Source: a bacterium (lineage in GTDB: Bacteria > Zhuqueibacterota > Zhuqueibacteria > Residuimicrobiales > Krinioviventaceae). Taken from it: 64,000 nucleotides of DNA. Below, in pieces: positions 31,745 to 41,470 of the stretch. The stretch lies in contig CAXXFV010000004.1 in assembly GCA_963674595.2 (NCBI GenBank), positions 357,003 to 421,002 of the forward strand. Direction: 5' to 3'. The notes under the pieces are model-generated. The model was not told where the DNA came from. It saw nothing but the letters and a program-made list of their open reading frames with translations, and made no database searches. How positions within the stretch are numbered: the stretch's first letter is position 1; each line of letters opens with the position of its first letter. Made by a program: the position numbers and the translations under genes.

Positions 31745-34665
31745 ATGAATCGAGCTACAATTCATATACGTCTTACCTTGTTACTATTTTTTTTATTGTG
31801 TTTACCTCATGTCTTTGATAGTTACAATTGTTGTAACTATTCATCATCAATTATCTATGCCCAAACCTCAACTCAAAATGACAGCGATAGAACCGTCATC
31901 CCTTTCGAAGAAAAATTACGATACTATCTAAACCAAAAAACCCAAGGTATCATCGAAGAGCTATATGCTCGTGAATTACAATTATCACAGTTGATAACCG
32001 ATACAAAATTGAAATTCAGCATCGCGGACAAGAAAGAAGCGTTGAGGTAAACAAATCCTTTAATCTTGTTTCGGGACAAACTGAAAAGCTTGTTTCAGAG
32101 TATGGACGTGAACTTGATAGACTGTTAAGGGTTTATAATCAGTTGACACATCTGCAAAAAATTGCAGAGTATGCGAATGATGTCGATCATTGGGTACAAG
32201 TTTTTAATGCAAAAGCAGAAATTGCTGCATCATTAAATAACCGCCAATTAAACAAAAAAAGTGTCTATTCTGAAAAAAACGTTGGTTCTTTAATCGATGA
32301 TTATACAACAGAACTTGATTCCTTGTTAAATATTTACGATGAACTGGATAAATTGTCAGGACGGGCTGATTTTATTGAGGATGATCAACTTGCTGAAACA
32401 GCACGACAAGAAAAAGCAAAAGTGGTCAAGGTGTTAAGCAAATGGGCTGATGTTGGTCCTTACTCTGAAAGTGATCTTTCAAAGTACAAGGAAGAAGCCC
32501 AAAAAGTTTTGGAATTAACACGTGAAATTAACAAAGCACAGCAAAGTACTCTTGGCAGTGAGGACCAGCGTCTTCGTTCTACTCAAAAGCAACTGATCGA
32601 ATCATTGGACCAATCCGTTTTTGATTTGCTTGTAGAAGCCGGTTATAATCGTGAAGCTACACCAACAGTCAGTGAATTTATTAAAGAATGGAAAGCAGAA
32701 CGGTTAACAGATATAAAAACAAGATTTACAGAGTATGAAATTATTTGGAATGAATTATTTTATAGCGGAACGAGCCAGGAGCGTTCCCGTATGTTTTCTG
32801 CTGAACTGAAAAATGCCCTGTTAAATTATTCCAATGGATATTACCTGGCTGCTGAATACCAGCTTTTAGAAATATTAAAGAGATATCAAAAATATTATGA
32901 TGATTTAACGCCTGTTAAATTTTATATTGCTGAAGCTTGTATTCACAGAATGGCCTTTGATCGCAGCAAAGGTTTTCTGGAACAGGTTATTTCTTCAACA
33001 AAGCCTACCAGTTATAAAGCAGAAGCCCTGGTTCGAATGATGCAATATGAAAATGAACTAGGAACGACCCAAAACTTTTTCACTTATTATCAACAGATCC
33101 TTGAACAGGACTCTTTATCTACAGCCAATGTTATTGATTATGCAAATTATCTGGCGGCAAATAAATTTTTCGAAAATTTTATGTTTGAAAAGGCAATGGA
33201 TGCGTTAAAAAGAATTCATGCCGATTCTGAATTTTATCTGCCCTCACAGTTATTGGTTGCTATTATTTATACTAATTTTAACGATTATACAAAAGCAGAA
33301 CCTATTTTTAAACAGTTGGCAAAAAAGGATACTTATCCCTGGTCGGATATTCATACAGCCAGTATTCGTAATACTGCTTTGTTGAAGCTTGGTTTAATTT
33401 ATTATCAGCGTAGTGAATATACTAAAGCTATTTATACTTTGGAAGAGGTATCCCCGGGATTTTCACAACTGGGAGAAGCTCTTATTGCTCAGGCGTGGGC
33501 CTATATTCAGTTAGGAAATTTTGAAAGAGCAAAACAAAAAGCGCATGACATACTTCGGAATTTTATTACATCCGAATATACTTATGAAGCCCTGGTTTTA
33601 TCAGCTCATTGTAATCGGCAATTAAACCAAACCGACGAGGCTTTAAATGATTACCGGTATGTGATCCGTGCACGCGGTGCTTTAGAGCGTCAAAAGAGAT
33701 ATGATGATGAACGTATTAAATCCCGCGTACGTATTAAAAGTCTCAATAAAATGGAAGATGAGGCTCTTGAAAGAAAGCAAGAAACCCTCTATGTTGAAGT
33801 TGATCGAATCCGTACAGAGTTGAATGAATTCCTTGTACGTGTTCAGGAAAAAAGCGATACGGGAACGCAGCTTGTTCAGGATTATTATGACGAACGGATC
33901 GATGTTATGCAGCGTTTGTTTGAGCTGGATGATGTTGTCGAATGGGCCGTCCGGGAAGGCAGAACTGATTTAGCTATTAAAGCGGCAAAACAACGCCAGC
34001 GATTGATGCTTATTTTGCAAACATTTCGTAGTGATCAAAAAATTGACAATACTTCTTATATAGTTGATTTTCCTTTGGCCGCAAAAGAAGCCGGCTCGGA
34101 ATATAAAGAGTCACGTTACAATATTATTTTTAGTGATATAAATCTGGAAAAAAGAAGATTACAGCAGGCCCTTGAAAAAGTAAATTCTTATAAGCACAAC
34201 TCAAACTCTGACCGTTTGGAAAGTAAAATGGAAGTAGAGATTTTAGAGTTTGATCTTAATAATTTACAGGACCGTGTTAGTAAACTTCATAAACTGGTGT
34301 CTGAAAATGAACCTTCAGCCGTTAAAACAAATCTGGAACATTGGAGTAATTTGTCCGGATTTGGTATGATGGATATTGTTTATAATCAGCGTAAAGAAAA
34401 ATTACATGAAATCGACACCTATGCGACACAGCTTGCCACTGTAGAAAATCTGTTGATGAAACGACGCACCGTTATTGAGAAAAAACTAGAGTTGTTTGAA
34501 CAACAGATAAGACAAATGCAAGATAAATTACTTTCCCGAAAAATTCAATTGGAACAATTGGAACGCGAAACTTATTTTGAAAATTATTATTTTGAAACAA
34601 AAGAACACGAAGAAGAATCGTGGGAAGAAAGATTACGTCAACTTAGTTCACCAAAAAGTGAATAA
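31745..34665 (+). CDS. Secreted TPR/coiled-coil protein (Glt-like), split by a -1 frameshift near 32005
   Basis: ORF 31745-32050 has the signal peptide; ORF 32143-34665 extends upstream in frame to about 31975. Adding one A to AAAA at 32005-32008 joins them (..LITDTKIEIQHRG..). The bridging segment LVSEYGRELDRLLRVYNQL repeats LIDDYTTELDSLLNIYDEL. TPRs such as ALLKLGLIYYQRSEY. Confidence 0.75.
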
Positions 34666-34733
34666 TTGTGAATATGGCTTTATGTAAAAACAAAAACAGT
34701 TCTTTAACGTCTAACTGGATGAGGTATAAATTA

Positions 34734-37700
34734 ATGGGTCGAAACATTTTTTCTGTTTTGGTTATGCTTTTGACCTTTGGGGCCTGGTTCTCTGTATATG
34801 CCGATGAAGGTAAAGATACTGGGTATAGTTACTTTGCCGAAAGTGATACGGTATTAAGGGGCTACACCCTGGATGACGTTGAAAGATATCGTAACATCTA
34901 TTTACGTAAAATTTCTCAGCTTGAAAACGAGCGAAAACAATTACGTCAAAAAGGCATTCGGGATGGAGAAATATTTCTGTCGCGGCACCCTGAAAGCAAA
35001 ATAGGCGATAAAGTAATGATGCGGCTTGCAGAACTTTATTATGAGCAGGCCCAGGAAAATTATCAAAATAAAATGCAGGAATATGATCGCCTTTATAACT
35101 TGTATGAAAAAGGTGATTTGCGGGAATTGCCGGTAGAACCTCAAAAAGAACTTTCTTCTGCCCTTAATTTATATGCCGATGTTATAGAGGCTTATCCTGC
35201 CAGTGAACTTGTTGATGATGCTTTTTACAATGTAGGATTTATTTTAGAAGAGGTTGGCCTGTCCGACAGCGCCAGGGTTTATTATTCCAAAGTTATAACT
35301 GATTTTCCGGCAAGTCCGTTATTACCGGATGTTAATATGAGGTTAGGGGAATACTATTTTAATCCTCCTGTTAATGATTTGTGGACAGCGATAGAGTATT
35401 ATGAAAAGGTTTTAAAATATCGGTCCAGTCCGCGATATGATGAAGCATTATATCGTTTGGGATGGAGCTATTATCGATTATCAGATTATCCCCGCGCAAT
35501 TGCCTATTTTACACTCCTCGCCGATGATGTGAAGATGACAAAACCTTTTGACCCCAATCAGAAATATTCTAATCCATCCCTGGTAGATGAATCTGTAGAA
35601 TATATCGGATTAAGCTTTTTAGAATTTGGCGGGTCTGAAAATGCAGCAAAATATTTGGATGAAATTGGTGGCCGCGAATACGGTATACAAATATTAAAAC
35701 GTATCGGCGATGCCTATATGGATGAAAAGGAAGATTATGATAACGCTTTAACGGCCTATAATCTGTTGTTAAAACTTTATCCAAATTCTCCTATAGCACC
35801 TTCCATTCAAAATAAAATCGTCCAGGCTTATCGGAGACTGGAAAATTCCTTAATGGCCTATATTTCGAGGGATTTGCTTTTTAGCCGATATAAAACTGAT
35901 AGCGATTGGTGGAAAATTAATACCGACATAGATGTAAGAGAACAGGCTTATGCACTGACAGAAAGCGCATTACGTGACAACATTTCCGTTTTGCTTAACA
36001 GGGGACAGGAAGCAAACCAAATTGATCTTTATGAACAATCTGTTGTGGAAAGCAGAAAATATATTGAATCTTTTCCTGCTGATTCCAGTTCTGCCCTCAT
36101 CCATTGGAACATGGCCCTGACATTAGATACAAAGTTGAACAAAAAACTGGAAGCCTATCATGAATATATAAAAATTAGCAATTTATATTGGGATTCCAAA
36201 TATCAGAGGCTTGCGGCTGAAAATGCGGTTGCCTTGGCAAAAGAGGATGCTGCACAGGCAATCAAATTATCCATGGAAAATATGGATAAAGAAGAAGAAA
36301 AATCTATCGACGGTATTCGTAAACAAGTTTCACAAAGTTCAAATAATATAAGCTTTAGAGATAAATTAAAACTTCAACCCACAGAGTTGTCTGTTGAAGA
36401 ACAACGTTTATCTGACGCTTATGATAATTATATAAAATTATTTCCTCATGCAAAACAAACCCCGCTATTTTTAGCAAATGCCGGAGCACTATACTATCGG
36501 CACCATCAGTTTCAAACAGCGTTAAAGTATTTTAACACCCTTTTGAAACACTTTCCCGGCAGTGAAGAAATGAATCAGGCAAGATATGCCATTATGGAAA
36601 GTTATTTTGGCAAGGGTGATTTTCAAAGTTCAGAGATCGTCGCTCGTCGAATTATTTATGATGATGTTTCTGAAGAATTACAATCCAAAGCACGCCGGCG
36701 GTTGGCTGAATCTATCTTTTTATCTGCCGAATTATTAGCGCATGATGATAAACACATTGAAGCCGGAAACGAATATAGACGTGTTGTTAAAGAAGTACCC
36801 AGAAGTGAATTTGCTGATTTAGCCCTGTTTAATGCCGCTTTGGAGTTTGATAAAGCACAGAATTATATGCGTGCCATCGAAACTTATAACTATCTTTTGG
36901 CAACGCATCCAAATTCAGGTTACGTTTTAGATGCTCAAAACAACCTTGCATTTGATTATGCAGAGTTAAATGATTACCGAAACGCTGCGTTAACCTATGA
37001 ACGTATTGCAACCATTCATCCGGATCTAGACAAGGCACGAGATGCTTTGTTTAATGCCAGTTTGTATTTTGCCAGAGCTGAAGATTGGGAAAACGCAATT
37101 AAGATAAACAATTTGTTTATACAAAGATTTCCAAATGATGATGCGGCTGACGACCTGGCTTATGAAATAGCCGGATTTTATCGTAAACAGAATGAATATG
37201 AAAAAGCACAAACTGCTTATGAAAGTTTTGTAACAAGATATCCGAATTCACCTCGTGTTGTTGAAGCTTTATATAACCGGGGAAGTTATTTTCGGATGAT
37301 GGGACAAGCCAAAAACGCCATCGTTGAATTTCAAAAAGCATTGTCTCGCAGCAAAAAACTGGAAGCTATGGGTTTGGACAGGAATGATTATTTTGCCGCA
37401 GAGACAGAATTTTCTCTGGCAATGACAAAATATGAAGAGTTTGAATCTATTCAATTCCGGTTACCGCAAACCCAACTGGACGCTTCCAAACAACAAAAAC
37501 GCGATTTGTTGCTGGAAATCGTAAGACATTTGGGAGATTGTGCTGCCTATGGAACTTCACGTCTTTATGAAGCAACCTATATGATCGGTTTTGCCTATCA
37601 GGAATTTGCTTCGTCCTGGGCAGACCAGGATATTCCTGAAATGGAAAAGACCCGCAAAGTTGTCGCCCGGAAAGAAGTTAATGATGCGGCTATTGAGCTT

Positions 37701-39299
37701 TATGACCGTTCCGCCAATGCTTATCGAAGCGCCATCGTCGGCTTAACTGACCTGGCAGATAAATATAAAATTGTACTTTTTGATGAAAAAACTAAAGACA
37801 GCACACAGGTTTTAACCGCTGCTGATAGTTTGGCTATTACTTCTCAAGACACTGTTTTACGAATTGCTGATCGATGGATCAATTCTTCCAAAACTAATTT
37901 AACAGAAGTGAACTTTAATATTGCTGAAATTTCATTACGTTCAGCCGAATTTGTTTTGGATGCACCGGAACCCGAAGGACTTGGTGTTTTTCCACTTCTT
38001 GTTTACCGGAAACAAATTCTCGATATTGCTGTAAAACCGTTGCTAAGTGAAGCATTTAACGCTTATAAAAGAAATTTGGTTGAAGCGGATTCCTTTAAAA
38101 TAGAATCCCAGTGGGTTGAGTTATCAAAGAAAAAACTCATTTCCAGTAAAAACCTGATGCCGTTAGTCTATTCAAAACTTTCATTTCAGGCGTTGGAAAA
38201 ACTCGAACCCTTATTTAACCAATACAATAACATTGCAACCACAAACACTGACTTTGATTTGATATTTGACGAGCTGCGAAACTCTTCCGATGAGATCGCA
38301 AATATTATTGATTTTTCAAAACAGTTAAGACTGGAAGCAACATCTCATTTTAAAGAAAATATTTTGGTTTCTAAAGAATTGGGCATTGAAGATGTCTTTC
38401 TAACAACCAGCAAAGACACATTAATGTCTCACATATATAATTATGCTATTCTGTGTGATTCAACAAGCAAAAAAGCCAAAGTGATTGCTGAGGAATATCG
38501 AAACCAATATATTAAAACAGAAGCACCCGTATATGAAGAAGGCCTGTTTGTATTTGAAGGCAACTATTTTACACTGCGGGATATAGAGCGTGATGTTCTT
38601 GAGAACGGCTATAATCTTTCTAAAGAATTATCAATTGATAATATATATACTAAAAATTTAACACTACAACTTGTCAAGTTTGACCCTGAACAATATGCTA
38701 AAATTTTAGACCTTAAAGTTGTTCCAACCGTCATCGGTTCTGATACAACATGGTTAGCTTCGGAAAATTATTACGAACATTGGACAAAACTTGATTTTGA
38801 TGAAAACTTGTTTAATAATGCTGTTAAAGTACCAAATCAGGCTTATGGATTTGCGCCCGCATTATGGGCTTATTACCGTGAAATTGATCAGGATACGACC
38901 AAAGCCGACTCTTTGGTTCTTGCCCCATTAATGGCAGCAAAACAGGCTTTTATTAGAAAATCTTTTGCCCTTAAAGGATTGCCTGTTTCCTGTAACATTA
39001 AAGTTTCTGCAAATTTACCATTTAATTTGTATTTTAATGGAGATTTGATAACACGATATGTTCCGCAGGACAGTGCTGTTGCATTTAAAGTTTTTGACGT
39101 ATCAGACTTGTTGTCTAAAGGCAAAAACTCAGTTGCTTTTGAAGTGTCTGATGATCAGTTGACCGAACAAGGTGTAAGATGTGTTATTAATATACGCAGT
39201 TTACCGGATTGGGACACAAAGGTTGAAAGTTTGCGTCCTGACCTGATGAGTGAAACAGCACAGGAAAAACTCATGCTGGAAAAAGGAAGAATACCATGA
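34734..39299 (+). CDS. Large secreted TPR protein (GltD/AgmU-like) with C-terminal galactose-binding-like domain
   Basis: Signal peptide after ATG 34734 (GAGGT SD); many TPRs (VMMRLAELYYE, ALYRLGWSYY, ADLALFNAA, ARDALFNAS); C-terminal SDTTW..IRKSF..LYFNG..DVSDLLSKGKNSVAFEV. Confidence 0.8.
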   Translation: MGRNIFSVLVMLLTFGAWFSVYADEGKDTGYSYFAESDTVLRGYTLDDVERYRNIYLRKISQLENERKQLRQKGIRDGEIFLSRHPESKIGDKVMMRLAELYYEQAQENYQNKMQEYDRLYNLYEKGDLRELPVEPQKELSSALNLYADVIEAYPASELVDDAFYNVGFILEEVGLSDSARVYYSKVITDFPASPLLPDVNMRLGEYYFNPPVNDLWTAIEYYEKVLKYRSSPRYDEALYRLGWSYYRLSDYPRAIAYFTLLADDVKMTKPFDPNQKYSNPSLVDESVEYIGLSFLEFGGSENAAKYLDEIGGREYGIQILKRIGDAYMDEKEDYDNALTAYNLLLKLYPNSPIAPSIQNKIVQAYRRLENSLMAYISRDLLFSRYKTDSDWWKINTDIDVREQAYALTESALRDNISVLLNRGQEANQIDLYEQSVVESRKYIESFPADSSSALIHWNMALTLDTKLNKKLEAYHEYIKISNLYWDSKYQRLAAENAVALAKEDAAQAIKLSMENMDKEEEKSIDGIRKQVSQSSNNISFRDKLKLQPTELSVEEQRLSDAYDNYIKLFPHAKQTPLFLANAGALYYRHHQFQTALKYFNTLLKHFPGSEEMNQARYAIMESYFGKGDFQSSEIVARRIIYDDVSEELQSKARRRLAESIFLSAELLAHDDKHIEAGNEYRRVVKEVPRSEFADLALFNAALEFDKAQNYMRAIETYNYLLATHPNSGYVLDAQNNLAFDYAELNDYRNAALTYERIATIHPDLDKARDALFNASLYFARAEDWENAIKINNLFIQRFPNDDAADDLAYEIAGFYRKQNEYEKAQTAYESFVTRYPNSPRVVEALYNRGSYFRMMGQAKNAIVEFQKALSRSKKLEAMGLDRNDYFAAETEFSLAMTKYEEFESIQFRLPQTQLDASKQQKRDLLLEIVRHLGDCAAYGTSRLYEATYMIGFAYQEFASSWADQDIPEMEKTRKVVARKEVNDAAIELYDRSANAYRSAIVGLTDLADKYKIVLFDEKTKDSTQVLTAADSLAITSQDTVLRIADRWINSSKTNLTEVNFNIAEISLRSAEFVLDAPEPEGLGVFPLLVYRKQILDIAVKPLLSEAFNAYKRNLVEADSFKIESQWVELSKKKLISSKNLMPLVYSKLSFQALEKLEPLFNQYNNIATTNTDFDLIFDELRNSSDEIANIIDFSKQLRLEATSHFKENILVSKELGIEDVFLTTSKDTLMSHIYNYAILCDSTSKKAKVIAEEYRNQYIKTEAPVYEEGLFVFEGNYFTLRDIERDVLENGYNLSKELSIDNIYTKNLTLQLVKFDPEQYAKILDLKVVPTVIGSDTTWLASENYYEHWTKLDFDENLFNNAVKVPNQAYGFAPALWAYYREIDQDTTKADSLVLAPLMAAKQAFIRKSFALKGLPVSCNIKVSANLPFNLYFNGDLITRYVPQDSAVAFKVFDVSDLLSKGKNSVAFEVSDDQLTEQGVRCVINIRSLPDWDTKVESLRPDLMSETAQEKLMLEKGRIP

Positions 39300-39691
39300 T
39301 CAAACAACGAAAAAAAAGAGATTTGTTGAAATTTTTCATTTTTTTGATTATTATGGTATGTCCATTTATTTCAAATGCTCAAAATGCATCTGAAAAGAAA
39401 AGTGTCCAATCAACGACCGACACCACAAAATCTGAAACATTGAAAAAAAATGTTTCTTATGAAGAGTTTGTCCTTGAAACCATTAGAATTGAAGCAATTA
39501 TTGAAAAACCAAGTGTTACCTTAATTCCCAAAAAAGCTGAAACAGATGTTGGAGATGTACCTTTCGGAAACAGATCCTTCGACAGTGAGCTGAAACAAAA
39601 GCCTCTGGTTATTACTGATTATGGTAAAAACTATGAAAACCCCAAGAGAATAAAAAAATTAAAAGAAATTATAAAAAAACGAAAAAAATAA
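39296..39691 (+). CDS. Small secreted protein, GltF/CglF-like
   Basis: Signal peptide; LETIRIEAIIEKPSV..RSF resembles the 'I.IEG.I.KP' motif of small proteins in Agl-Glt-like loci (recalled, not searched). Confidence 0.55.
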   Translation: MIKQRKKRDLLKFFIFLIIMVCPFISNAQNASEKKSVQSTTDTTKSETLKKNVSYEEFVLETIRIEAIIEKPSVTLIPKKAETDVGDVPFGNRSFDSELKQKPLVITDYGKNYENPKRIKKLKEIIKKRKK

Positions 39692-39739
39692 TGATAATTA
39701 ATAAATTAAAGCCGAACTGGGATAGTTTGGGAGGTAGAA

Positions 39740-40390
39740 ATGTCGGAAATCCTTCGTAATTTTAGTACGGATGTTGCCGGATGGCAATTTATGTACGTCT
39801 TGTTAATCCCTGCCATATTTACAATAGCAATAGCTATTGAACGAGGCATTTATATTCTTATTAAAAGTGATATAAATGCACCAAAATTTATGGCAGAAAT
39901 CCGAAAACTGGTAATGGCTGGAGAATATGAAAAAGCGTTGCAGCTATGCCGTTCTGCAAAAGACAGGGCTTTACCAAAGGTCGTCAGTTGTGGCCTGAGC
40001 GCCGTTGCAGGTCGTGAAGAAGTTGATTTCAGGACCGTACAAAACTCCGTTGATGAAGGTATGCTTGAAGTCATTCCAAAACTTCAGGAACGTACAAACT
40101 TTTTGGCAATGTTGGCAAATATCTCAACATTGATTGGATTAATGGGTACTGTTTACGGATTGATTTTATCATTCCGTGCCGTATCTGCACCCGGTATTGA
40201 TCCGACAGAAAAAGCGCGCTTGTTGGCCGCCGGTATTTCAACAGCTATGAATACAACCTTGATGGGTTTGGTAATAGCTGTCCCGGCAATTCTGTTTTAT
40301 ACCTTTTTACTCAACAAAACAACTAAAATTATTGATGAGATCGATGAACATACTGTTAAACTCATTAACTTATTAACAGGGAATAGATAG
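39740..40390 (+). CDS. MotA/TolQ/ExbB proton channel (AglR-like)
   Basis: IAIERG, LANISTLIGLMGTVYGLI.SF, AAGISTAMNTTLMGL..AVP. Confidence 0.92.
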   Translation: MSEILRNFSTDVAGWQFMYVLLIPAIFTIAIAIERGIYILIKSDINAPKFMAEIRKLVMAGEYEKALQLCRSAKDRALPKVVSCGLSAVAGREEVDFRTVQNSVDEGMLEVIPKLQERTNFLAMLANISTLIGLMGTVYGLILSFRAVSAPGIDPTEKARLLAAGISTAMNTTLMGLVIAVPAILFYTFLLNKTTKIIDEIDEHTVKLINLLTGNR

Positions 40391-40392
40391 TT

Positions 40393-40929
40393 ATGGCATT
40401 TCGTCCCTCAAAACGAAGCAGTCGTACTATAGAACCATTGGAAATTAATATTTTTCCGATGATGAATCTTATGGTAATTTTAGTACCCCTTTTATTATCA
40501 ACGGCTACTTCTATTAAAATTGGTGTCATCGAGTTGAATTTACCTCAGGCTGTTGGTGGACCGGCTGCTCAGGCAACTTTGCCAAAGGAAGCTCAAAAAA
40601 GCCTTGATTTGACAGTATCCATTACGGCTGACGGATTTTTTCTGTCCAGTTCTCAGGCCATTTTAAAAAAGCCTGAAACAAGTGGTCCAACTATACCAAA
40701 ACTTGAGGACGGTTCCTATGATTACGACAGCCTATCGGAACAACTTTATGAAGTGAAAAAAAAGATAATAGGGACAAATTTAGAAACAAAACGAATTATA
40801 ATGCAGGCTGAATCTAATATTGAATATCAAATTTTGGTCAGCACTATGGACGCTACCCGCTCCTATAAAATTGATGATAACTATTACGAATTATTCCCAA
40901 ATGTAACTGTAAGTGCTGGTATTTTATAA
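40393..40929 (+). CDS. ExbD/TolR family protein (AglQ/AglS-like); TM Asp replaced by Asn
   Basis: EINIFPMMNLMVILVPLLL, LP, YQILVSTMDA. Confidence 0.88.
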   Translation: MAFRPSKRSSRTIEPLEINIFPMMNLMVILVPLLLSTATSIKIGVIELNLPQAVGGPAAQATLPKEAQKSLDLTVSITADGFFLSSSQAILKKPETSGPTIPKLEDGSYDYDSLSEQLYEVKKKIIGTNLETKRIIMQAESNIEYQILVSTMDATRSYKIDDNYYELFPNVTVSAGIL

Positions 40930-40950
40930 TTAATACCAAGGAATTTTAGA

Positions 40951-41445
40951 ATGGCTTTTATACCTTCACGAGCAAAGAAACATCAAACAGGACCAAACAA
41001 GGTTAATTTAAATTTAACATCTATGATGGATATGTTTACAATTATTCTTGTTTTCCTTTTAAAAACATATTCAACAGAAGGCCAGTTAATACACCCTTCT
41101 GAAAATTTAACGCTTCCAACTTCAACTGTTGAAAGACAGCCTGAAATTGCTTTGGATGTTATCATTTCCCAGGAATGGATAATGGTTAATGACGAAGCTG
41201 TGACGACAATCGATGAAGTTAAAAGTCAATCCGGAATGATAATTGAACCATTGAGTGCTGTTTTATTAAAATATTCAGATGAAGCCAAGCGCATGGAAGA
41301 ATTATATGGTGTACCCTTTTCAGGTAAAGTAACAATTCAAGGCGATAAAAAGTTGCCTTTTGATATATTAATAAAAGTGATGGCTACTTGCGGGCGCTCG
41401 GAATATCCGAATATGAGGATGGTTGTTTACCATAAAAGTGGCTAA
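40951..41445 (+). CDS. ExbD/TolR family protein (AglQ/AglS-like) with canonical TM Asp
   Basis: LNLTSMMDMFTIILVFLLK, IQGDKKLPF..KVMATC. Confidence 0.9.
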   Translation: MAFIPSRAKKHQTGPNKVNLNLTSMMDMFTIILVFLLKTYSTEGQLIHPSENLTLPTSTVERQPEIALDVIISQEWIMVNDEAVTTIDEVKSQSGMIIEPLSAVLLKYSDEAKRMEELYGVPFSGKVTIQGDKKLPFDILIKVMATCGRSEYPNMRMVVYHKSG

Positions 41446-41470
41446 TTTTGCATTTTAAGGAGATAACGCT

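Noticed and set aside
31975-32050. Programmed -1 ribosomal frameshift
   Set aside because: No X-XXY-YYZ slippery heptamer or stimulatory structure; similar homopolymer indels elsewhere point to assembly error
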